NCBI GenBank assembly: GCA_020057405.1
Contig: JAGVFW010000011.1
Span: forward strand, 36,344 to 100,343
Reading direction: 5' to 3'
From: an archaeon
GTDB lineage: Archaea; Micrarchaeota; Micrarchaeia; Norongarragalinales; UBA97
DNA: 64,000 nt
Made by a program: the position numbers and the translations under genes. The notes below the pieces were generated by a model. That model was not told where the DNA came from. It ran no database searches and saw nothing but the letters and a program-made list of their open reading frames with translations. Positions 9,206 through 16,343 of the stretch are shown here, piece after piece. Numbering within the stretch: the first letter of the stretch is position 1; each line of letters starts with the position of its first letter.

Positions 9206-9718
9206 ATGGCAAGCAAGAAACGCCGTAGCTTCTTTGACTCTTTTTTCGACGACTTTCCGGACTTTGGGGAAATTGACAAGATGTTTGACGCGATGATGCG
9301 CGACGCGGGCCGCATCAAGACCGAGCCAGGAAAGCCATTAGTCTACGGCTTTAGCATGCACGTCGGCCCAGACGGCAAGCCTCACGTCGAGCAGTTCGGC
9401 AACGTCGAAGTGCCAAAGGGCAAGATGAAGGACGAGCGCGAGCCGCTTGTCGACGTCATTGACGCGGAAAAGGAAGTCACAGTCGTTGCGGAACTGCCTG
9501 GAGTGACGAAAGAGGAAGTGCACCTGCGCTTTGCAGGCGGCACCCTAGTGATTGACGTCAAAGACCCGGAGCGAAGGTACTACAAGGAAGTCGCCCTGCC
9601 TGCGCAAGTCGACGAGGACAGCGTGAAGGCAACTCTCAAAAACGGCATCCTTGAAGTCAAGATGGCCAAGAAAAGGGCGGCCAAGGCGCAAGCCAAGGCA
9701 ATCAAGGTCGAAGGCTAG
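9206..9718 (+). CDS. hsp20: Archaeal small heat-shock protein Hsp20
   Basis: YGFSMHVGPDGKP..FGN, EREPLVDV, AELPGV, KNGILEV; RBS AGGTGGTTGAC. Confidence 0.93.
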   Translation: MASKKRRSFFDSFFDDFPDFGEIDKMFDAMMRDAGRIKTEPGKPLVYGFSMHVGPDGKPHVEQFGNVEVPKGKMKDEREPLVDVIDAEKEVTVVAELPGVTKEEVHLRFAGGTLVIDVKDPERRYYKEVALPAQVDEDSVKATLKNGILEVKMAKKRAAKAQAKAIKVEG

Positions 9719-10367
9719 GGGACGCCACTTTTTTCTTTCCAGCAGGCGCCAGCATCTTCCTCACTTGCTCGTCGGTCAGTTGCGGAAATTTTTCGTAGAA
9801 CTGCCCGACTGCGTGGAAGAAAGGCGGCTCGAGCAAGACGTGCACTTCGTCAGCGTGCTTTCGCAGGAACTCGACCGCGGCGGGGGGCGCAACAGGCGTT
9901 GCCACAACGATTTTAGCGGGTTTTTTCAAGCGGATGAACTTTATTGCAGCTACGGCGGTGCTTCCGGTTGCGACGCCATCATCAACAACGATTACAATCT
10001 TTCCCGCAAGGCTCGCCAACCGCTTTTTTCCAACCAGCTCAGTGCGGCGCGTAGCAAGTGAAGCCTCAACCAGCCTGGCCTGCTGCGCGAACACGGCCGT
10101 CTCAAGGCCCGTCAGCTCGAGGTCGGGGTTAATCACTTTGGCGCCGCCGTGGCTCACCGCACCAACGGCGACCTCCGCGTTGGCCGGGTACGGCACTTTT
10201 TTGGCAACAACGAAGTCAAGAGGCGCGTTAAGTTCCCGCGCAACCACTGCGGCAACCTCAACCCCGCCGCGTGGAATGCCAAGCACGATTGCACCACGGC
10301 CACGGTAGCCGACAAGCCTGCTTGCAAGCAGCTTGCCTGCGGAAAAACGGTCAATAAAGCGGCTCAT
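9702..10367 (-). CDS. Type I phosphoribosyltransferase family protein
   Basis: FIDRFSAG, LGIPRGG, PRPP motif IVVDDGVATGST, AVGQFY..FPQLTDEQV. Confidence 0.9.
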   Translation of the reverse strand: MSRFIDRFSAGKLLASRLVGYRGRGAIVLGIPRGGVEVAAVVARELNAPLDFVVAKKVPYPANAEVAVGAVSHGGAKVINPDLELTGLETAVFAQQARLVEASLATRRTELVGKKRLASLAGKIVIVVDDGVATGSTAVAAIKFIRLKKPAKIVVATPVAPPAAVEFLRKHADEVHVLLEPPFFHAVGQFYEKFPQLTDEQVRKMLAPAGKKKVASPSLRP

Positions 10368-10715
10368 AAGGCAGTATTTGGCGGTTGCGGGCTTTAAACA
10401 CTAGAGCCAACACACCCAAGGGGTATGGCCCCCGCTTCAAAAGCCCCCCCTTCGGCCGCCTGAGAGCGGCTTGCAGGCCCGAATATATCGAAAAACGGTC
10501 CGGCCGGCCAAACCAGAGCCAATTATACTGCTTCGGTATTGATTTTGAGGTCTCTAGTGTGGCCGCTAGGGGTAAAGAAAAACCGGCTCGCGGGTGCCTT
10601 AGGGGGGCGGCAAGCCGGCAAGCCACCGTTGGCCAAGGAACGACCGCTCGGGGGCAGTAGCAACTATGCAAAGTGAATTGAATGGTCTTCGGATTGGCTC
10701 GAATGAAAAAAAAGA

Positions 10716-10909
10716 GTGCCCGAGAGGACACGCGAGCCACCTGCCAAATTAGGTTAGGAACTGGTGAGTTGAATGAATTTCGTTAGTGCGTCAAAAAAAG
10801 AAAAAGTGCTCGAAAGGACGAGAGAGTCACCCACCAAATACAATTGGGGAGAACTCGAATATATTTCTTGTGCCGGTGTGCTCGAGAGGGTAAGAGGGTC
10901 ACCCACCAA
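10716..10909. repeat. Three degenerate copies of a 32-nt motif (10716-10747, 10806-10837, 10878-10909)
   Basis: GTGCCCGAGAGGACACGCGAGCCACCTGCCAA / GTGCTCGAAAGGACGAGAGAGTCACCCACCAA / GTGCTCGAGAGGGTAAGAGGGTCACCCACCAA. The third copy is positions 7-38 of the tRNA-like RNA. Confidence 0.85.
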
Positions 10910-10957
10910 GTGACTGCGCGCAGGCGCAGTGTGGGGTTCAAATCCCCACCGCCGGCA
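10872..10957 (+). ncRNA. Non-canonical tRNA-like RNA (long variable arm, 7/6 acceptor-T stems, ACC anticodon, C33)
   Basis: GCCGGTG/CGCCGGC-A acceptor; TG; D arm CTC-GAGAGGGTAA-GAG; GTCAC-CCACCAA-GTGAC; variable arm TGCGC-GCAG-GCGCA; T arm GTGGGG-TTCAAAT-CCCCAC. Confidence 0.8.
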
Positions 10958-10989
10958 AACGACCCTCAAGTAAACCAGAGGTGGTTGAC

Positions 10990-11109
10990 ATGAAAGTTGA
11001 CGTAAGCAAGTTGAGTTTTGGAAGCCTGAACAAGGCCTTCACCGAGATGGATGAAGGCAACCTGGCGTTCTCCCGCAAGGGCGAGCGCGTGTTCGTCGAA
11101 GTGTGCTAG
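10990..11109 (+). CDS. 39-aa micro-protein MKVDVSKLSFGSLNKAFTEMDEGNLAFSRKGERVFVEVC
   Basis: ATG after a strong GAGGTGGTTGAC RBS; host-like codons; below the ORF-track cutoff. Confidence 0.65.
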   Translation: MKVDVSKLSFGSLNKAFTEMDEGNLAFSRKGERVFVEVC

Positions 11110-11121
11110 GAAAAAAGAGGA

Positions 11122-11340
11122 ATGAGAACAATGGACACGATGGACTACGCTGAGGCTGACGCGAATGCGCAGCGGCGGCCCCAGTTTTTCATCAAGCAGA
11201 ACGGCGAAGTCATCGGGGCGGCCTGGCTTAAGGAAAGCCAGTCTGGGAAGTACCTTAGCGTGGCGGTCAACAAGGACATCCACGCGGGGTCAAAAGTGTT
11301 TCTTTCCCCAAGGAAGGGATTCGAGGGGGTTTTCGGGTAA
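11122..11340 (+). CDS. Small DUF736-like protein
   Basis: EVIGAAWLKESQSGKYLSV resembles the DUF736 signature EIGAAW....GxxYLSV as recalled. Confidence 0.6.
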   Translation: MRTMDTMDYAEADANAQRRPQFFIKQNGEVIGAAWLKESQSGKYLSVAVNKDIHAGSKVFLSPRKGFEGVFG

Positions 11341-11426
11341 TAGAGGCATTAGGGGCAGTAGGCGCAACAAGCCAATCAGGCACCGCGCCGCCCCCATTCC
11401 TCCACCCATCCGAAAGCTTTTAAGTC

Positions 11427-11444
11427 AATTATAACAAATTATAA
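11427..11444 (+). promoter_or_regulatory. Putative operator of the first VapBC operon
   Basis: AATTATAA repeated twice with 10-bp periodicity, just downstream of the BRE/TATA-like CGAAAGCTTTTAA. Confidence 0.45.
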
Positions 11445-11453
11445 TAGATAGAG

Positions 11454-11663
11454 ATGGTGCAAGTGTTCAAAGCGAAAGTCAGGCCCATTGGCTCCTCTGC
11501 AGGAATCATCATTCCGCAGGAGGTTCTGCTTGCGGAGAAACTAGCTCCGGGCGAGGAAGCGGAGTTCGCAGTAATCCACCGAAATTTTGCCCTACTCGAC
11601 AATCTCATGGGCACAATGAAAGGCGCAAAGCCGTTTGTGCGCGATCGGCGCGACAGAATTTAG
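11454..11663 (+). CDS. vapB: AbrB/MazE-type antitoxin (VapB)
   Basis: KVRPIGSSAGIIIP swapped-hairpin motif; lies upstream of a PIN gene. Confidence 0.85.
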   Translation: MVQVFKAKVRPIGSSAGIIIPQEVLLAEKLAPGEEAEFAVIHRNFALLDNLMGTMKGAKPFVRDRRDRI

Positions 11664-11671
11664 GTGGTTTC

Positions 11672-12046
11672 GTGCTCCTAGACACCTGGGCCTGGATAGA
11701 ACTCTTTCAACGAACTCCCAAAGGCCTCGCTGTGCGAAGTAGGATGAAAAAAGACGAAGTGCTTACCTCTGCACTTAGCCTTGCCGAAATAGCCCACTGG
11801 TGCAATCGGAACGGAAAGGAAGCCAGCCCATACCTACAAGCAATGAGGCAATCATCAATAATCTTGTCTGTCAGCGATGAGCTAGCAGAGAAAGCCGGCT
11901 TAAACCTCGCGGGCTTTAGGCAAACGTCGCCAGGAATTGGCATGGTCGACGCAATAATACACGCTACTGCCGAATCAGTCAGCAATCTTTTACTCACCGG
12001 CGACCCGCATTTTCGTAACCTGCCCGGCGTCGAATTCATCGAATGA
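11672..12046 (+). CDS. vapC: PIN-domain toxin VapC
   Basis: LLDTWAWIE, LAEI, GMVDAII, LLTGDPHF. Confidence 0.92.
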   Translation: MLLDTWAWIELFQRTPKGLAVRSRMKKDEVLTSALSLAEIAHWCNRNGKEASPYLQAMRQSSIILSVSDELAEKAGLNLAGFRQTSPGIGMVDAIIHATAESVSNLLLTGDPHFRNLPGVEFIE

Positions 12047-12118
12047 TTTACCCTAAAGCGAGTAACTACGCGTTTTCGGCTAGGGGGGTTAAATGCCTTT
12101 AGCGGCTGCAAGTGCGTC

Positions 12119-12742
12119 ATGGACTTGATTCGCGAGTTTGCCAAAGGCAGGCCCGTGCTGGTTTTTGACTCAAGCGACCGCGAGGCCGAAGTGGATTTCA
12201 TGCTTGCGGCCGGGGCAGTCACGCCGAAGCTTCTTGCGCAGATGCGGGAGGATGCCGGCGGGCTCATTTGCGTCGCAATCGGCGAAAAACCCGCAAAAGC
12301 GCTCAAGCTGCCTTTTGCTGCAGACTTGCTTAGAAAGAACGGACAGCGGGGACTTGGTCGCGAGAAGATGCCTTACGGCGGGCAAAGCGCTTTTTCGCTT
12401 ACCGTAAACCACAGGGAGACGTTTACGGGCATTCCCGATGCGGACAGGGCGCTTTCCATCACGGCGTTGGCCAAATTGGCGGCACGCCCCTCGCGCGCGG
12501 CGTTTGAGAAGCAGTTCTACGCTCCCGGACACGTGCAGTTGCTCATTGGCAGGGGCCTGAAGCAACGCCAGGGCCACACTGAACTGTCCTTGGAACTCTG
12601 CAAGCGGGCGGGGTTGCCTGAGGCGGCGGTTGTTTGCGAGATGCTTGACTCTAAAACTGGCCGGGCGCTAACGCCCGCCAAGGCGAAAGCCTATGCCCTG
12701 CGGCATGGATTGGCGTTTGCCGAGGGCAAGCAACTTATTTAA
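12119..12742 (+). CDS. ribB: 3,4-dihydroxy-2-butanone-4-phosphate synthase (archaeal type)
   Basis: FDSSDREAEVD, DAGGLIC, TFTGIPDADR, PGHV, RQGHTE, VCEM. Confidence 0.93.
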   Translation: MDLIREFAKGRPVLVFDSSDREAEVDFMLAAGAVTPKLLAQMREDAGGLICVAIGEKPAKALKLPFAADLLRKNGQRGLGREKMPYGGQSAFSLTVNHRETFTGIPDADRALSITALAKLAARPSRAAFEKQFYAPGHVQLLIGRGLKQRQGHTELSLELCKRAGLPEAAVVCEMLDSKTGRALTPAKAKAYALRHGLAFAEGKQLI

Positions 12743-12799
12743 AGCATCCAGCGCCTAATCCCGTCTGCTTCACAGCAACCGCATAGAGGGATTTGGCAA

Positions 12800-15700
12800 T
12801 TGTTCGTATCGCAGATAGAGCTTCGCAACTTCAAGTCGTTTCCTAGTGCAACGATTAAGCTCCAGCAGGGCTTCAACGGCATCGTCGGCCCAAACGGCTG
12901 TGGGAAAAGCAACATCATCGACAGCCTGCTCTTCGCTTTTGGCGAAAACCGGCTTAAGGCGATGCGCGTCAAGCGCTCGGTTGACCTGATTTTTGACAAC
13001 AATAAAGTTGCCGAAGTCAAGGTCACCCTAACTAATGGCAGCGAGTCGCATGAAGTCGCGCGCATGGTCAAGCGCGATGGCAAGACGAAGTACATGCTTG
13101 ATGGGAAGCGCACTAAGCGCTACGCGATTGAGGACTTTCTTTCCCACCACTCTGTCTCGACGACGAACATCATCAAGCAAGGCGAAGTCCAGCGCATCGT
13201 TGAGATGGATAGCAAGGACCGGCGCGGCTTGATCGATTTAGTCGCCAACGTGAGTGAGTACGAGGACAAGAAAAAAGAGGCGATGGGCGAGCTTTCGCAA
13301 GTTGAGTCCAAGCTCCGCGAATCCACTACGCTCATGCACGAGCGGGAGGGGTACCTTCGCGAGCTTGAGCAGGAGAAGAACAACGCGATAAAGTACAAGG
13401 AACTAAAAGAACGGCTCGACGTTCTCAAGGCGACGATAATCTACATTGACTTGAAAAACTACGAGGCCAGTTTCGAGGCGCTCATCAACTCGATGCTTGA
13501 CCATGACAACAAGATTTCCGCAGTCGTTGCCAAAGTCAAGGAACTTGAGTCCTCGATTACTGCAAAGAATGCAGAGAAGGACGAGATTAACAAGCTCATC
13601 ATCGAGCGCAGCCACGGGGAAGATGCCGAGTTGCAGCGGGCGATTGACGCCCTTAGCATCGGCATCGAGACGAGCAAGCGGACTATAGAGGAAAAGGGCG
13701 CCTCCGCAAAAGAGGCCGACGAGAAGCTGCATTCGAGGAAACTCGAGCTCACTAAGGCGGGTGACGAGGCGCACGGCACGGGAACTCAACTAAAGGAAAT
13801 CGAGGAGGAGCTTGCGGTCGTCGAGAGGCTGTTAAAGGAGAAGACCGCGGAGTACAACCGTCTTTTGGGGAGCAGCAACAAGTTTTCAGAAGGCTTTCAA
13901 AAGGCCCGCGAGTTTGTCGAGCAGTCAACCGAGCGAATGTTTGGCATCAAGTCACAGCTTTCCGAGCTTCAGGCCGACGCGGGCAAGAACGAAGAACTGG
14001 CTCGGATGAAGGAAAAGGAGCTCGACCGCATCAAAAGCGGCGAGTTCGTCGACTATGGCCCCCAAAGGAAGGAAGTCGAGGGGCAGCGCCACGGGCTAAA
14101 CGCCAAGCTAAAGGAAGCGCAGGCTACCCTCGACGGGCTTTTTGAGCGAGAGCGAAAGCTAAACGAGCGCGTGCCGGTGCTTGAAGACCTGCTTTTGATG
14201 GCGCGCGAAAAATGCGTTGAAATTACTTCGCGCCTGCGCACGGCCGGTGAAGGCAACGAGCGGTCGGCCGAGGCGGTTGACACGCTGCGAAAGGAGGACA
14301 AGGGCGTTCTCGGCACGGTCGAGGAGCTCTGCACTTACTCAAGCCGGTACGCCGTCCCCGTGCAGGTGGCCTTCGGCGCTCGCAGCAACTTCGTCATCGT
14401 CGACTCAAGCAAGACCGCGTCAAGAGCCATTACTGCACTCAAGTCGCGGCGGCTTGGCCGCGTGAGCTTCATCCCCCTTGACAAGATTGGCACGCCGAAT
14501 CTCATCAAGAAAGAGGACCGCGAGCTTGCAGAGAGGCCCGGGGCGCTTGGGTTCTTAATTGACTTGATTGATTTTGACGAGAAGCACAAGCGCGCCTTCG
14601 AGTTCGTTTGCGGCAACACGCTTTTGATGTCTGACATGCACTCTTGCGAACCCCTCATCGGCAAGATTCGGATGGTGACGATGGAGGGCGAGCTTGTCGA
14701 GTCAAGCGGCCTGATGACTGGCGGCACTTTCACGCTGCGCGTGAGCGCGGCAGTCGAGAGAAGACAGTTAACTGAATGGGAGAAGAAGCGCGACGACGCG
14801 AAACGCGAAAAGGATGGGGCTTATGATGCGCTGCAGGGCCTTCGCGAGGAGATGAACGACGCGCGAAAGAAGAAAGCCGAGGCCGAACTTGCGCTAAAGT
14901 CCTGCGAAATCCAGCTCGCCCACATGGCCGAGCAGGAAAAGCGCGAGCGGGAAAGCAAGGCCCACGTGGCAAAGGCGCTTGACGAGATTGCGTCGGACAT
15001 AGTGCAGTTGCGCGAGTCTGTCGGCAAATCAAACGAGGAGCGAAGCCGGCTCGTACGCGAGCTCTCGGACTTAAACCTCAAGATGCTTGAAGCCAAGCAG
15101 CAGGTTGATGTTGAGAAGGAAGAGGCTTTCGGCATCCAGCTAAAGGAGCGCGAGCGGGCGATAAACGAGCTGCGCATGAAGTACATCGAGTACGAAAACC
15201 GGCTGCAGTCCCTGCGCACGCAGCATTCGCTTTACGACAAGCAGGCGCGCTCGCTTGAAAAAGAAGTTGCCGAACTCGACGCCCAGACGGGGGTCCTGCG
15301 AAAAGCCGTTGACGAGGCTGACGATTACATCAAGAAGGCGCGAGGCGAGCTAAAGGAGAAGACCGAGGCGCAAAAGGCCCTTAGCAGCCGGTTTGCCGAG
15401 ATGGTGAACAAGCGCGAGAAAATCGATTCCGAAATCGCCAAGCTCGGCAACGAAAAGGGCCGCCTTGAGTTCGAGCGCGAGAAACTCGAGCACGAGGCCG
15501 GGAACGAGCGCGTGAAGAAGGCGGTTGTCGAAAACACGCTCGCCACGCTAAAGGGGCAGATGGACGAGTTCGCGAGCGTCACGCCGATGGATGGCAAGGG
15601 AATCGAGCACAAGCCCGAGCTCGTCGCCCACGCCAAAGTCGCGCACGCTGAAATAGAGTCGCTTGGCAGCGTGAATATGCGCGCGGTTGAGATGTACGAG

Positions 15701-16252
15701 ACGCGGGCGAAGGACTTCGAGGAACAGAAGAAGCGCGTGGAGCAGCTCTTCACCGAGAAAGAGGCGGTAATCACCGTCATCAACGCAATCGAGGGCAAGA
15801 AAGTCGCGACTTTCATGGAGTCCTACAACCACATCAATTCGAACTTCAAGCGCATTTTCGCGCAAATCTTCAAGGGCGAAGGCACGCTGTTTCTCGAGAA
15901 CCCCGAGCGGCCCTTTGACGCCGGCCTCACCATCCAAGTCAAGCTTGAGAACAAGGAAGTCAAGTACCTCGAGCTGATGAGCGGCGGCGAGAAGAGCCTG
16001 ATTGCACTGGTCTTCATGTTCGCGGTGCAGAGTGTCAACCCGTCGAGTGTATACATCCTCGACGAGGCCGACGCGGCCCTTGACGCAGAGAACTCAAGGA
16101 AGCTCGCGATGCTCTTGCACGCGCTTGCGGAAGGCACGCAGTTCCTCGTCGTCACCCACAACCAGAACGTCTACAAGGAAGCCGACACGCTCATCGGCGT
16201 CAGCGCCGCGAAGGAAGGCAGCCGCGTGGTTGAAGTGAAGTTGAACGAATAG
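12800..16252 (+). CDS. smc: Chromosome segregation protein SMC
   Basis: GPNGCGKS, long coiled coils, hinge GRVSFIPL, MSGGEKS, ILDEADAALD, VVTH. Confidence 0.96.
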   Translation: MFVSQIELRNFKSFPSATIKLQQGFNGIVGPNGCGKSNIIDSLLFAFGENRLKAMRVKRSVDLIFDNNKVAEVKVTLTNGSESHEVARMVKRDGKTKYMLDGKRTKRYAIEDFLSHHSVSTTNIIKQGEVQRIVEMDSKDRRGLIDLVANVSEYEDKKKEAMGELSQVESKLRESTTLMHEREGYLRELEQEKNNAIKYKELKERLDVLKATIIYIDLKNYEASFEALINSMLDHDNKISAVVAKVKELESSITAKNAEKDEINKLIIERSHGEDAELQRAIDALSIGIETSKRTIEEKGASAKEADEKLHSRKLELTKAGDEAHGTGTQLKEIEEELAVVERLLKEKTAEYNRLLGSSNKFSEGFQKAREFVEQSTERMFGIKSQLSELQADAGKNEELARMKEKELDRIKSGEFVDYGPQRKEVEGQRHGLNAKLKEAQATLDGLFERERKLNERVPVLEDLLLMAREKCVEITSRLRTAGEGNERSAEAVDTLRKEDKGVLGTVEELCTYSSRYAVPVQVAFGARSNFVIVDSSKTASRAITALKSRRLGRVSFIPLDKIGTPNLIKKEDRELAERPGALGFLIDLIDFDEKHKRAFEFVCGNTLLMSDMHSCEPLIGKIRMVTMEGELVESSGLMTGGTFTLRVSAAVERRQLTEWEKKRDDAKREKDGAYDALQGLREEMNDARKKKAEAELALKSCEIQLAHMAEQEKRERESKAHVAKALDEIASDIVQLRESVGKSNEERSRLVRELSDLNLKMLEAKQQVDVEKEEAFGIQLKERERAINELRMKYIEYENRLQSLRTQHSLYDKQARSLEKEVAELDAQTGVLRKAVDEADDYIKKARGELKEKTEAQKALSSRFAEMVNKREKIDSEIAKLGNEKGRLEFEREKLEHEAGNERVKKAVVENTLATLKGQMDEFASVTPMDGKGIEHKPELVAHAKVAHAEIESLGSVNMRAVEMYETRAKDFEEQKKRVEQLFTEKEAVITVINAIEGKKVATFMESYNHINSNFKRIFAQIFKGEGTLFLENPERPFDAGLTIQVKLENKEVKYLELMSGGEKSLIALVFMFAVQSVNPSSVYILDEADAALDAENSRKLAMLLHALAEGTQFLVVTHNQNVYKEADTLIGVSAAKEGSRVVEVKLNE

Positions 16253-16343
16253 AGTTGCAAACTTTCGCGAACACCTAACTAAGCCCGGCAAGTGGGTTAC
16301 AAAAAGCTTTTTATTGCCCCCACTCAATTTCTAAAAGAACGAG

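Noticed and set aside
10380-10710. RNase P RNA, SRP RNA or 5S rRNA in the long gap
   Set aside because: I found neither the GAGGAAAGUCC/AACAGAA nor the SRP helix-8 signature on either strand.
10716-10837. Split-tRNA 5' halves
   Set aside because: The copies lack the acceptor strand and show no complementary leader or BHB partner.
10716-10909. CRISPR array or TIGR-like guide array
   Set aside because: Only three degenerate copies, unequal spacers (58 and 40 nt) that resemble each other, and no cas or Nop-domain gene in the window.
10872-10957. tRNA-Sec or tRNA-Pyl
   Set aside because: The anticodon is not UCA or CUA, the D stem is short, the discriminator is A and the geometry is 7/6 rather than 9/4.
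10351-10969. Minus-strand ORFs 10351-10740 and 10754-10969, and plus ORF 10385-10660
   Set aside because: Non-protein-like composition; they run through homopolymer tracts and structured RNA.
12800-16252. SMC as part of a Wadjet or other defence system
   Set aside because: Canonical condensin SMC with a hinge and no jetABD-like neighbours.
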